Source of the DNA: a bacterium
GTDB taxonomy: Bacteria; JAAXHH01
Direction of reading: 5' to 3'
Assembly: GCA_965240335.1 (NCBI GenBank)
Contig: CBDEKM010000011.1
Location: 129,693-193,692 of the forward strand
DNA: 64,000 nucleotides
Positions 1-9,565 of this stretch are shown piece by piece. Position 1 is the stretch's first letter, and every line of letters starts with the position of its first letter. Position numbers and translations under genes: made by a program. The notes beneath the pieces are model-generated. The model saw only the letters and a program-made list of their open reading frames with translations, was not told the origin of the DNA and searched no databases.

Positions 1-422
1 TTGCCGATGTCATGGAGGTCGCCCTTCACCGTGCCCATGACGACCGTGCCGATCGGCTCGATGCCCGAAGCCGAGAGGATGGGTTCGATGTGGGCCATCC
101 CGGCCTTCATGGCCCGGGCGCAGGCCAGGACTTCCGGGACGAAGATGAAGTTCTCCCGGAACTTGATGCCCACGACGCTCATGCCGTTGATCAGGCCGTC
201 GTCCATCACCTCCAGCGCCTCGATGCCTCCGTCCAGCGCCGCCCGGGTCAGCGTGTCGACGGTCCCGTTGGCCCCGTCGATCAGGGCCGCGGAGATCTCC
301 TGCATGCCGGGAGTCGCACGGGCGAAAGCGTCTATGATCCGCGTCCGCTCGTGGGGTCTTTCGATGAACTCTTCTATTTCGTCTTTCAGAAAATCATTGG
401 CTATGTCGTTGAGTTCTGCCAT
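1..422 (-). CDS. Corrinoid (cobalamin-binding) protein of a methyltransferase system, N-terminal part; continues off the window edge
   Basis: Reverse strand from 422 translates MAELNDIANDFLKDEIEEF...GTVKGDLHDIGK. This is a helical cap followed by the DxHxxG B12-binding motif, typical of MtaC/MtbC-like corrinoid proteins. Confidence 0.75.
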   Translation of the reverse strand, partial: MAELNDIANDFLKDEIEEFIERPHERTRIIDAFARATPGMQEISAALIDGANGTVDTLTRAALDGGIEALEVMDDGLINGMSVVGIKFRENFIFVPEVLACARAMKAGMAHIEPILSASGIEPIGTVVMGTVKGDLHDIG

Positions 423-488
423 GCGCTCCCGTCCGGTCCTCCTACGATCACGCCTCGCAGGCGCAGTGTGTACTGTCGGCTCCCAAGG

Positions 489-1532
489 CTATTCCGCCTG
501 GGCGCTGTGCCAGTCCTTCACGGCCTGGGGTATGGCCTTCAGGTTCTCGATGGACGCCTGCAGGGGCACCGCGCATTCCGGTCCCACGAGATGAACGCCC
601 TGCTCCAGGTTGCGATGGACTTCTTCACTCACCTCTTCGGGGCCCCGTGCGAACAGCGTCTCTGGATTGTTGATATTGCCCACGAGGGAGATCCGGCCGT
701 CCACGGCTTCCATGGATTCCTGGGGCTTGTTCTTCGAATCGTAGTGAAAGGCCGCGAAACCGGTCTCCGCGATGAATCCCATGCGGTCCACGGTCCGTCC
801 GCAGATATGCATAATCAGTGGGATGGGGATCCGTTCGACCAGTTCGATGTGCAGGTCCCGCAGGAACCGCCGGTAATACTCGCCGCTCACCAGGTCGCCC
901 GTGGCGTGGTCGGGCAGGGTCAGGGCGTCCGCCCCGGCCTCGATCTGCGCGATGCCGAACTCCACCGTGGCCTCCTTCATGCGGTCGAGGGCGAGGTGGG
1001 TCTTGCCCGGGTCGTCGAGGGACATGAGCAGGAAGGGCTCCACGCCGAAAAGGTGATACCCCAGCGACCACGGTCCCATGGTCTTGCCAATGATGGCTAC
1101 CTCGTCGCCGTATTCCTTCTTGAGCAGACGGATGGCGTCGAGCACGCATTTCGTATCCTGGTGCGTCAGAAAATCCGATGGGATGGTTATGTCGTCCACG
1201 TCCTCCCAGATAGGCTCGCGCATCTTTACCGTGGGCCAGTTGTCCTTCTGCTCCCACTGGATCTTGCAGCCCAGCGCCGAGGATTCCTGGATGATGGTGA
1301 AGACCGGCATGATGCTGTCGTACCCCAGTTCCGTGTAGCCGGTGGCCGCGAGACGGGCCATCAGTTCCGGGTCCCGGTTGGCGTCCGGAAAGGGCGCGTC
1401 GACTAGGTCCATCAGTTCCACCGTGGCGACGGAAGTCGGGTTGCATACGGGCGTTCGGTCTACGGGTTCCCGTTTAAGGGCGGCCAGCACCCGTTCCCGG
1501 CCCGTCATCGGTCTGGTTACGCTGGTATTCAT
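489..1532 (-). CDS. Uroporphyrinogen decarboxylase (URO-D) family methyltransferase, MtaA/CmuA-like
   Basis: 347 aa; URO-D fold signatures (…IMPVFTIIQES…GDEVAIIGKTMGPWSLG…IMHICG…) typical of methylcobamide:thiol (MT2) or O-demethylase MT-I type methyltransferases. Confidence 0.8.
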   Translation of the reverse strand: MNTSVTRPMTGRERVLAALKREPVDRTPVCNPTSVATVELMDLVDAPFPDANRDPELMARLAATGYTELGYDSIMPVFTIIQESSALGCKIQWEQKDNWPTVKMREPIWEDVDDITIPSDFLTHQDTKCVLDAIRLLKKEYGDEVAIIGKTMGPWSLGYHLFGVEPFLLMSLDDPGKTHLALDRMKEATVEFGIAQIEAGADALTLPDHATGDLVSGEYYRRFLRDLHIELVERIPIPLIMHICGRTVDRMGFIAETGFAAFHYDSKNKPQESMEAVDGRISLVGNINNPETLFARGPEEVSEEVHRNLEQGVHLVGPECAVPLQASIENLKAIPQAVKDWHSAQAE

Positions 1533-1542
1533 GACTGTCTCC

Positions 1543-2181
1543 TTATCCGTCCTGCTGGCTGGGCGCTGCCAGGACGCCGCGGCTGGCGGTCATCTCCTGC
1601 TCGCGCAGGGCGGCTCGGACGTTGGGCGCGCGTACCAGCAGTTGCCCGGTCATCGCGTCGTGGACATGGGCACAGGGAAAGACCACCTGGTCCAGGGTCC
1701 CGCTCACCTCGTCCATCTCGGCGAGTTTCATCAGTCCGCCCGCGATGAACGAGATACGCCGTTCATGGTCCTTGCCCTCACCGTGGGCCGTGACCCGGTA
1801 CACGCCGTCTCCCTCGCTGAGCACGACGATCTGCAGGCCCGATTTCTTGTCCAGGATTTCCAGGGGTCTTGATTCTGCTGTTTCGGACGGTTCCAGCTTG
1901 CAGGCTTCGAGGAAAACGCGCTTCACCGCCATGGTATGTTCGTACCCGCAGGGAAACCGCAGGCGTCCGTCGGCGTCCTGCTCCATCCCGCCCAGGATTA
2001 CCATGGCCTTGACCACCGAGGCGATCCGGTCTTCGGCACCTAACCGGCCGCTGTAGGTGTATACCCTGTAGGCCGGTCCCGTGTCATCCTGCTGGCGGTA
2101 CAGGGCAATCGAAATGTCCCCGAAATGGGGATCCAGTGGTACCAGTTCGATGCGCCTGCCTATGTCGACTGTCTGACCCAT
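1543..2181 (-). CDS. Hypothetical protein, possibly DUF1638 family, which is often linked to corrinoid methyltransferase operons
   Basis: 212-aa ORF tightly packed (10-nt gap) between methyltransferase genes on the same strand. The family assignment is from memory only. Confidence 0.5.
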   Translation of the reverse strand: MGQTVDIGRRIELVPLDPHFGDISIALYRQQDDTGPAYRVYTYSGRLGAEDRIASVVKAMVILGGMEQDADGRLRFPCGYEHTMAVKRVFLEACKLEPSETAESRPLEILDKKSGLQIVVLSEGDGVYRVTAHGEGKDHERRISFIAGGLMKLAEMDEVSGTLDQVVFPCAHVHDAMTGQLLVRAPNVRAALREQEMTASRGVLAAPSQQDG

Positions 2182-2195
2182 GCTACCTTCCCTGC

Positions 2196-2465
2196 TTATC
2201 CTCTGTCGTATTCGCCGTCAAGTTGCTTCAACACGGCTTCCGCGACTTCCTCAGCCGCTTCTCCTTCGCCGGTCCATTCCAGTTTTTCGGACCATTGCCA
2301 CGCGTCCAGATAGGCGTCGGTTCCGGTCAGTCCGTCCCGCATGGCAACCCGGTCGATTTCCTGCTGGAACCAGTCGGGCATCTGGCGGGAAAGGGGACGA
2401 CGGCCTCCGTAGACGCGCACCTGCGCCGGGATTTCACGCCAGTACAATACCTGGTACACCGCCAT
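2196..2465 (-). CDS. Small conserved hypothetical protein (MAVYQVLYWREIPAQV...). It may belong to the small family found next to B12/homocysteine-methyltransferase genes, such as the Thermotoga MetH reactivation partner.
   Basis: About 90-aa ORF inside the operon. The start could be the TTG at 2486 or the ATG at 2465. The C-terminus is acidic. Confidence 0.45.
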   Translation of the reverse strand: MAVYQVLYWREIPAQVRVYGGRRPLSRQMPDWFQQEIDRVAMRDGLTGTDAYLDAWQWSEKLEWTGEGEAAEEVAEAVLKQLDGEYDRG

Positions 2466-2517
2466 GCCAACCGTTCCTGTGCTCAAACTACCGTTCGGTC
2501 CATCGCCTCGTCAAGCT

Positions 2518-3519
2518 TCAGGCTGCCACACGGTCCATCGCCTCGCGGAAGGCCCGTATGTGGGTGACGCCCGTGCCGCAGCATCCGCCGATGAAGTAAG
2601 TGCCGGCCTCGAGGAGTTCAGGAACGAAAGCGGCCATTTCCTCGGGCGTGTTCGCGTAGTAGGTCCGGTGCTGCTTGTCCAATCGGGCTTTCCCTGCGTT
2701 CGGGTAGGCCATCATCCGTTTCGGCGTCCCCGGCCTGGCATCCAGGGCGCGCTTCAATTGCCCGATACCGTTGATGGCGTAGGGCATTCCCGTGTGTTCG
2801 TCGCGCCGGGATTCCGCTCCGCAATTCAGGCCGACAATCTGTACGTGTTCGAGCAGATCGCGTCCTTCGGACTGTGCACCACCCGCGAAGATCTCGAGGA
2901 GATCGGCGGCCGAATGGCCCCAGTCCGTCTTGTAGATAACCTCGCCCGTGGCCCGGTCCTTCGTGTACTTGTACGTCTGGTTCACGGCGATGGGCAGGCC
3001 GAACTGACTCAGCACGTCCACGGCCAGGGCCGCCTCGTTGGCGGAGAACATGGTCTCGACGCAGAAGAAATCCACGCCGCCCGCTGCCAGCGTCGTACCC
3101 ACGCGTTCGTGGGCGTCCCGCGCGATGCTGTTCGCGATTCCGAACTCCGTGTCGCCGCTATCGGCCTCGATGGCGCCCGGCAACGGACCGATGGAACCGG
3201 CGAGGTACACGTCCCGGCTGCCGCGTTCGATGGCGGCGCGGGCGTGTTCCAGGGAAAGCCGGATCAGGCCATCGGATTCCGAGGCGTCCTTCCCCGCCAT
3301 TTCGAGATGGGGATATGACGCCACGAACGTGTTGGTGCCGATCACTTCGGCGCCTGCTTCAATATAATCGAAATGGATGTCCCTGACAATGTCGGGGTAC
3401 AACTCGTTGGCCAGCGCGCTGTTGGCCAGTTCGATGCCGCGGACGAAGAGTTCGGTGCCGAATCCGCCGTCGTACAGGAGTGGGCGATCTTCAGCGATGC
3501 GTTCAAGAAAGGGTTTCAT
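2518..3519 (-). CDS. Homocysteine S-methyltransferase family protein (Pfam S-methyl_trans, zinc thiol methyltransferase)
   Basis: 333 aa with a C-terminal GGCCGT zinc-ligand motif and MetH/BHMT/MmuM-like Hcy-binding barrel motifs (…GTNTF…, …VNQTYKY…). Confidence 0.8.
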   Translation of the reverse strand: MKPFLERIAEDRPLLYDGGFGTELFVRGIELANSALANELYPDIVRDIHFDYIEAGAEVIGTNTFVASYPHLEMAGKDASESDGLIRLSLEHARAAIERGSRDVYLAGSIGPLPGAIEADSGDTEFGIANSIARDAHERVGTTLAAGGVDFFCVETMFSANEAALAVDVLSQFGLPIAVNQTYKYTKDRATGEVIYKTDWGHSAADLLEIFAGGAQSEGRDLLEHVQIVGLNCGAESRRDEHTGMPYAINGIGQLKRALDARPGTPKRMMAYPNAGKARLDKQHRTYYANTPEEMAAFVPELLEAGTYFIGGCCGTGVTHIRAFREAMDRVAA

Positions 3520-3540
3520 GCGAGATGCTCCGCCCGCGCC

Positions 3541-4488
3541 TCAGGGCGCTTCGAATGATACCTGTTCGCGGGTACGGAGTTCCATCGGTCGCAGCGCGTG
3601 GTAAATAAAATGGTTGATTGGCGTGGGTATACCCGCTTCCTCGCCCATTCGGACCAGCGCGCCCGTCTGGGCTTCCAGTTCCGAGTACCGTCCTTCCATG
3701 ACGTCCCGCTGCATGGAAGCGGTGCCGCCGTACTCGACGCTGTCCAGGATGGCCAGGGTCTGGGCCACGATGTCGTCCGGCAGGTTTACGCCCAGTGCGG
3801 TGGCCACCTGGTGGATTTCTTCCATGGCCGTCTCGAGCAGCCGACGCGTGCCGGTCTGGCTCCGGACGACGCCGATGGGCGCGCGGGTCACGCCGCCGAT
3901 CCCGCTCCACGATGCGATGAGAATGTACTTGCGCCACATGGCGGCCTGGATGTCGGCCGGCGTTTCTACGATGAGTCCGCTGGAGCGTTCGAAGGCCGTG
4001 CGCAACCGGTCGACCCTTTCGCTTGGCGTGTTGTCCCATTCGCCGAAATTGACGAAGGGTTCGTAGGCCACGTGCCGGATGAGGCCCGGTTCGGCGATGA
4101 ACGAGACGATTCCGCAGACACCGCCGAGCACATGGCGCCAGCCGAACTCCCTGGCAAGTTGGTCCGGTGTCTCCACGCCGTTTTCCATGGGAAGTATGCA
4201 GGTGTTCGGACCGAGCATCGGCCGGAGCGCCTCGATGGCATCGGGCACCTGCCAGCACTTGACACAGAGCATGACGACGTCCACGTCACCCGCGGCTTTG
4301 GGATCGCCCGTCACCTCGATGGACGGCAGCGAGAAATCGCCCTTCGTGCTTTCCACGCGAAGGCCGTTTTCGCGCAGGGCTTCCAGGTGCGCGCCGCGTG
4401 CGATGAATACGACTTCTTCTCCCGCCTCGGCGAGTCGTCCCCCGTAGTAGCCGCCCACACCGCCTGTACCGAATACCGCTATGCGCAC
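3541..4488 (-). CDS. panE: 2-dehydropantoate 2-reductase (ketopantoate reductase)
   Basis: 315 aa; N-terminal MRIAVFGTGGVGGYYGG Rossmann motif and ApbA/PanE-family C-terminal domain. Confidence 0.8.
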   Translation of the reverse strand: MRIAVFGTGGVGGYYGGRLAEAGEEVVFIARGAHLEALRENGLRVESTKGDFSLPSIEVTGDPKAAGDVDVVMLCVKCWQVPDAIEALRPMLGPNTCILPMENGVETPDQLAREFGWRHVLGGVCGIVSFIAEPGLIRHVAYEPFVNFGEWDNTPSERVDRLRTAFERSSGLIVETPADIQAAMWRKYILIASWSGIGGVTRAPIGVVRSQTGTRRLLETAMEEIHQVATALGVNLPDDIVAQTLAILDSVEYGGTASMQRDVMEGRYSELEAQTGALVRMGEEAGIPTPINHFIYHALRPMELRTREQVSFEAP

Positions 4489-4710
4489 ATGTGCCTCCGA
4501 AGATCCGGAAATCCGGGAAAATGATACGACGTACGTACGGCTACGCGCCGGATCAGGGGCCGCCGCGACCCTATCGCGGCGCCGTCAAGCAAGCAGGCAA
4601 ATATAATGGATTGAAGAACGGAAGAGCAACAGCTTTTCGAGGGGTGTTCGATCGGAAATCGAGACCGGTGCAACGCAGGTTGAGAACACGTCGGACGCAG
4701 CGGTGGAAAG

Positions 4711-6561
4711 TCACGCCTCTCCGCGTTCCAGGACGAAAGCTTCCATGGCGTAGTACTGGGGAAATCCCAGCTTGTCCATGTGCCGGGCCGTGTGGGTGTT
4801 CCGGTCCTGGACCCGCTCCCAGAACTCCCTGTCGTCGTATGCGCCGGGAAACATGGCGGTGTCTTTCTGGGACTCGTGGCGGAATATGGCCTGGATCTTG
4901 CGTTGAAGATCTTCGTAGGAAAGCGGGATGAACACGTCGGCCTCGTCCACTTCCCACTCCTGCCAGGCGCCCCGGTAGAGCCACACGTCCGGATCCGTCC
5001 TGTCGTAGACGGCGAGGGCCTGGTCGATGACTTCCTTGCAGATGCGGTGGGTGCCGTGGGGGTCGGACAGGTCTCCGGCGACGAAGACGACCTCCGGACG
5101 GATGTCGTTCAGGAGGTTGAGGACGATGTTGACGTCCTCTTCGCCGATCGGACGCTTCTTCACCTGGCCGGTTTTGTAGAAAGGCAGGTCCAGGAATCGG
5201 GTCTTTTCCGGCGGAATGTTCAGCGTCGAAGCTGCCGCAATGGCCTCGGACCGGCGGATGTTGGTCTTGATGACCTGGACCTCGGGGATGTCGACCTGTC
5301 CGGGCTGTTTCGTCTCGATAAAGGACCTGACCCTGTCCACGATGCCGTCGAATCTTTCGTGGGCACATCCCAGGTCGCGGAAGGTCAACCCGATAAAATC
5401 GATGAGCCGTTTCACGTCCTCGTCGAAGACGGCGATGTTGCCACTGGTCATGTAGGCGATGGTGATGTCGTTGCCGGCACCGGACAGGCGGAACAGCGTG
5501 CCGCCCATGGAGATGACGTCGTCGTCCGGATGGGGCGAAAAGCAGATGCACCGCTTGTTGGTGAATAGATCCTCGCGGCCGTAGATCCTGGCGCGTACCG
5601 CGTCGAAGGTCTTCCGGTTGAGTTCGTCGACCGAAGAGACCGTATCGACCAGGGAATAAAGGTCATTGGCGTTGTAATCCCGACGCTGCAGATGCAGCAC
5701 CGGTTTCTCCGCCTGCTCGCACAGCCAGAGCACGGCACGTTGCGATAGCTGGTCGGTCCAATCCACCGCGTGGTTGTTGAGCCAGGGCCTTTTGACGCGG
5801 GTCAGTTCGATGGAAGCGGGTGGGTCGATGTAGACCGTGGCGTTCGGGTGGTTCTGAAGGTAACTGGCCGCCACGAGGGGACTCACCTCGCCCTCCACCG
5901 CCTTGCGGACGATGGGGGCCTTGTGTTCACCCGTGGCCATGAGGATGATGCGCTCCGCGTCGAGGATCGTGCCGACCCCCATGGTTACCGCCTCGATGGG
6001 GACGTTGTCCTCGCCGAAGAAATCGGAGGCCGCGTCCTTGCGCGTGCTCTCGTCCAACCGGATCAACCGGGTGCGGGTGTTGGGCAGCGAACCGGGCTCA
6101 TTGAATCCGACATGACCGGTCCGCCCGATGCCGAGGAGCTGGATTCCGATGCCGCCCACGGCCCGGATGCGTTCCTCGAACCAGTCGCAGTGTTCCTCGA
6201 TATCCTCGGGGGCCAGGTCACCCAGGGGTATGTAGACCTGGTCGTCGGGTATATCGACGTGATCGAAGAGATACTCCTGCATGTAGCGGTGATAGCTCTG
6301 GGTGGACTGGCGCGACATGGGGTAGTATTCGTCGAGGTTGAAGGTGATGACGTTTTCGAAACTGATCCCGCCGTTATGGAGGGCAATCATTTCCCCGTAG
6401 ACGTCGATGGGCGTGGAGCCCGTACAGAGGCCCAGTACGGCCATCTCGCCTGCTTCGGCGCGAGACTGAGCGTAGTCGACGACCTCCCGGGCGACGGTCT
6501 TCGAAAGCGTCTTGTGGTCGCAACAGACCATGACGGGGATATGTTCGGTGGCAGGATGCAA
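4711..6561 (-). CDS. nagB: Glucosamine-6-phosphate deaminase (NagB) fused to a C-terminal LmbE/PIG-L-type deacetylase-like domain
   Basis: 616 aa. The N-terminal part matches the NagB fold (…LGLCTGSTP…FNLDEY…). The C-terminal half carries the LmbE motif (…SPHPDDDVISMGGTL…), a fusion typical of the Bacteroidota/FCB group. Confidence 0.8.
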   Translation of the reverse strand: MHPATEHIPVMVCCDHKTLSKTVAREVVDYAQSRAEAGEMAVLGLCTGSTPIDVYGEMIALHNGGISFENVITFNLDEYYPMSRQSTQSYHRYMQEYLFDHVDIPDDQVYIPLGDLAPEDIEEHCDWFEERIRAVGGIGIQLLGIGRTGHVGFNEPGSLPNTRTRLIRLDESTRKDAASDFFGEDNVPIEAVTMGVGTILDAERIILMATGEHKAPIVRKAVEGEVSPLVAASYLQNHPNATVYIDPPASIELTRVKRPWLNNHAVDWTDQLSQRAVLWLCEQAEKPVLHLQRRDYNANDLYSLVDTVSSVDELNRKTFDAVRARIYGREDLFTNKRCICFSPHPDDDVISMGGTLFRLSGAGNDITIAYMTSGNIAVFDEDVKRLIDFIGLTFRDLGCAHERFDGIVDRVRSFIETKQPGQVDIPEVQVIKTNIRRSEAIAAASTLNIPPEKTRFLDLPFYKTGQVKKRPIGEEDVNIVLNLLNDIRPEVVFVAGDLSDPHGTHRICKEVIDQALAVYDRTDPDVWLYRGAWQEWEVDEADVFIPLSYEDLQRKIQAIFRHESQKDTAMFPGAYDDREFWERVQDRNTHTARHMDKLGFPQYYAMEAFVLERGEA

Positions 6562-6677
6562 AGGATCGTTCCGATTTACGACTTCAAAGAATTTCTGAAC
6601 TGCTCATTTACACAGTATAGAACTATAAATTGCTCAATCTTACAGTGGGTTTATTTAAACACCGAGCGTTGTATGTC

Positions 6678-7319
6678 TTACAAAACCGCGTGTTTCTCAC
6701 CCGAAGCCACGAATATACCGATACTGGCAAACTCGTCGCTGCAATTCGACTGCACTTCGCAACAGGTACTGATGCTGTCCACACAAACGTCTTTCAATCC
6801 CGCGGCCTGAAACCATGCCCTGATATCCGTTCTTTTGAAACCCATCCAGCGGTCGTGGTGTTCTACACGCAGGAAGTCGAATTCGTGTTCATCCACATCC
6901 GTGATCACCAGTCTACCTCCGGGCCTCAGGATTCTCGTCATTTCTACGATGGCGTCTGGTGGGGATTCAACATGATGAAGACACATGTTAGCAAAAGCAT
7001 AGTCAACCGTTTCATCGGGAATGGGCAGGTCCTGAGCGTTTCCAACGCGATAGTCGATCGTTGTGATGTCCGCAAACTTACGCTTCATTTCATCCAGGAT
7101 CGCTTCGGACTGATCGACCGCAATGATCCGCAGCCCTTCCTGAACCAGACCCTGTGAGATAAAGCCTGTACCGGCGCCGATGTCAGCAACGATTTTGCCA
7201 TTGATGACCGCGGCGGCAGCCAGGGCGCCTACCCTGACTTCATCGGAATAGTACCCCTCGCGCATTTCGTCCCAGTCCTGGGCGACGCGATCGAAGAAGT
7301 CCTTACTGCTCACGGGCAT
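6678..7319 (-). CDS. Class I SAM-dependent methyltransferase
   Basis: 213 aa; SAM motif I VADIGAGTGF and a Methyltransf_11-like core. Confidence 0.75.
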   Translation of the reverse strand: MPVSSKDFFDRVAQDWDEMREGYYSDEVRVGALAAAAVINGKIVADIGAGTGFISQGLVQEGLRIIAVDQSEAILDEMKRKFADITTIDYRVGNAQDLPIPDETVDYAFANMCLHHVESPPDAIVEMTRILRPGGRLVITDVDEHEFDFLRVEHHDRWMGFKRTDIRAWFQAAGLKDVCVDSISTCCEVQSNCSDEFASIGIFVASGEKHAVL

Positions 7320-7488
7320 GCTATCCTTTTATGTACACTGATGCAGGATCGACTTGTAATTGCACCCATTCAATATACATATATTATGGTATTTCGTACA
7401 ATAGTGTCAATTTCTTCAAGCAGCAGCGCGCATTGCATCGCGTAACCAGTTCTAAATAAGCAAGTTAAAACAACACTGCATATCCCTC

Positions 7489-8343
7489 ATGCGACTTTGC
7501 CTGGATAGTTTCGTTCCGCCGCTGGACCGTATCACTTCGGGTACGGGCAAGTGGGTCAGGGAGCTGGGTTTCGAGGCCATCGGCGTGGACCTGGAACCGG
7601 CCGTGTCCGTTAATATGGAGACAGCAGGCAGAATCCGGGAGATCCTGGACGGGGAAGGGGTGTCCATCGGCCAGGTCTGGAGCGTCGGCACACCGCTGGT
7701 GCGACCGGACGTCGCCGAGTCGGCTGCCAACCTGCGAACCCTGCGGGAACGCATTCCCCTGGCCGCGGCCCTCGGCTGCCGGGTGCTTCTTACGGAGGCT
7801 GGCGGCATGCACCCCTCGAACCCCTGGTATCCCCATCCGGAGAATCACGGCGATGAGGCGCTGGAGCGTCTCATCTCGGCGTTGAAGGAAGTCGCGCCGT
7901 TCGCGGCCGACCACGGGGTGACCATTGCGCCGGAGATGTCGCTGATGACGATCCTGGCCACGGTGGACCGGGCCGCGTTGATGGTGGAGGAGACCGGCCA
8001 TCCGGGCGTGGGCATCAACTTCGATCCGGCCAACATCCTGGATCCCCTGTCCCTGTACGATTCAGGCGCCTTCATCGACGAAGCCTGCGATCGCCTGGGA
8101 AACCGTATCGTGAACGTCCACGCCAAGGACGCGGCGGCCCGCGACGTAGCGCTCATCGTTCATCTCGAGGAACAACCCGCCGGTCTGGGCGTCCTGGACT
8201 ACGGACGTCTGCTGCGCCGTGCGGCGTCGCTGCCGGACTGGACATGCGTGGTCGTCGAACACCTGGCCGACTACGGGCAGGTGGCGGAGGTCAGGCGGTT
8301 TCTGCTGGAATCCGCTGCGAAGGTAGGTGTACGTTTTAAGTAG
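7489..8343 (+). CDS. Sugar phosphate isomerase/epimerase (xylose isomerase-like TIM barrel)
   Basis: 284 aa; AP_endonuc_2 / xylose-isomerase-like barrel signatures. The upstream region is AT-rich and divergent. Confidence 0.7.
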   Translation: MRLCLDSFVPPLDRITSGTGKWVRELGFEAIGVDLEPAVSVNMETAGRIREILDGEGVSIGQVWSVGTPLVRPDVAESAANLRTLRERIPLAAALGCRVLLTEAGGMHPSNPWYPHPENHGDEALERLISALKEVAPFAADHGVTIAPEMSLMTILATVDRAALMVEETGHPGVGINFDPANILDPLSLYDSGAFIDEACDRLGNRIVNVHAKDAAARDVALIVHLEEQPAGLGVLDYGRLLRRAASLPDWTCVVVEHLADYGQVAEVRRFLLESAAKVGVRFK

Positions 8344-8345
8344 AG

Positions 8346-8373
8346 CCGCCGCGGATCGGACGGCGGACTTTTC
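8346..8373. terminator. Putative bidirectional terminator hairpin between convergent genes
   Basis: CCGCCG-cggatcgga-CGGCGG stem-loop followed by a CTTTTCC tract, between the CDS ends at 8343 (+) and 8389 (-). Confidence 0.3.
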
Positions 8374-8388
8374 CTGCCGCGCTATCCC

Positions 8389-9375
8389 TTACGCGCAGAG
8401 TTCGTGATCCTCGCTCCAGCGGTTGAAGGAAGGATTGGGCTGACCGGCGAGTTCTTCCCTGGTTTCCAACCACATCTGGTTCCACGCGGAAGGATCGGTC
8501 AGGACCTGCTCCGGGTTGGCCCGGCTTCGGGCCACGAATCCGGGGAAGGCGCCCCGTCCCGACGGCTGGCCGATCGGGTTGTACCGCAGGTCGTAGCTCC
8601 ACCGGATTTCGTTACTCAGGTTGGGCAGGGACGAATGGCAGGTGTGTTTGTGCATGAACAGGACGTCGCCGGGTTTGGTCGGCATGGGAACGGCGGCGGA
8701 ACGGTCATACACCTTCTCGGGGATTTCGAGGCCCCAGATATCGGGACAGTGATGGAGCAGGCCTTCGCTATGGCTCCGGGGAATGATGGCGAGACATCCC
8801 TGTTCGGCCGTCGCCTCCCTGAGCGAAAACCAGACCGTCAGCATGTCGGTGTCGTCGGCCTCCTCCGTGACAACGCCGTTGTCCTGGTGCCACGGGGAGA
8901 TGCCGAGTTGAATGCGCCCCGTGCTGGGGTTGATCGGCGTCAGGTGCTCGGGCAGCTTGATGCGCACGTGCTGGACCGGGTTGGAATAGATCTCGGAGCC
9001 TATGAAGTCCTCCACGGCGTCGAGCAGCGTTGGATCGGTCAGGACGCGGAACACGGCGGGACCACACCAGAACGGCGTATCTTCCTTAATACCACCCTGG
9101 GGCAGGGTGAAATCGAAACACTGCGTGTGGACCGCGCCGCTTTCACCCCAGACTTTCGTTATCCGCTCACCGAACGGCAGGTCTTCGTAAGTGGACTTTG
9201 TTTTTCCAGCCAGGTATAGCTCGGTCGCCAGCCGGTCGAGGACGGTGCCGTACTCCTCGATCACGGGATTGATCACTTCATCCGCGTCCAGCAGGCCCCT
9301 TACCATCAGGTAGCCCTGGTCTTCGAAAAAAGCCATCTGTTCATCTGTAATTTGTGCCATGAAATCCTCCGTCAT
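8389..9375 (-). CDS. Phytanoyl-CoA dioxygenase (PhyH) family Fe(II)/2-oxoglutarate oxygenase
   Basis: 328 aa; PhyH-family HxD…H arrangement. It is one of three PhyH paralogs in the window. Confidence 0.7.
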   Translation of the reverse strand: MTEDFMAQITDEQMAFFEDQGYLMVRGLLDADEVINPVIEEYGTVLDRLATELYLAGKTKSTYEDLPFGERITKVWGESGAVHTQCFDFTLPQGGIKEDTPFWCGPAVFRVLTDPTLLDAVEDFIGSEIYSNPVQHVRIKLPEHLTPINPSTGRIQLGISPWHQDNGVVTEEADDTDMLTVWFSLREATAEQGCLAIIPRSHSEGLLHHCPDIWGLEIPEKVYDRSAAVPMPTKPGDVLFMHKHTCHSSLPNLSNEIRWSYDLRYNPIGQPSGRGAFPGFVARSRANPEQVLTDPSAWNQMWLETREELAGQPNPSFNRWSEDHELCA

Positions 9376-9565
9376 GCCCCCTGGAACGGGCTTCGTGCCT
9401 CGTTCGCGTACGTACGCGTCAACATATAGACAAGAAATCAGCGTTTAAACGGTATATTCTGGATGGAAACTGCGTTCTTTGGAAACCCGGGATGCAGTGG
9501 GGGTTCCGGCGAACGGTTCGCGCTCCAGCATGTGTAGCCATATTTAGTAGCTATGTTTATCTGAG

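Noticed and set aside
1-1872. Long plus-strand ORFs (1-594, 12-1406, 1342-1872) overlapping the corrinoid operon
   Set aside because: High-GC antisense/shadow ORFs with proline/arginine-rich nonsense composition. The minus-strand frames have clear family matches.
3598-4524. 308-aa plus-strand ORF over panE and 251-aa minus-strand alternate-frame ORF
   Set aside because: Shadow ORFs; the panE frame has the Rossmann motif and family architecture.
4489-4710. Cobalamin riboswitch upstream of the corrinoid/panE transcription unit
   Set aside because: No B12-box (GCCACTG-like) or conserved riboswitch core was found by eye on either strand.
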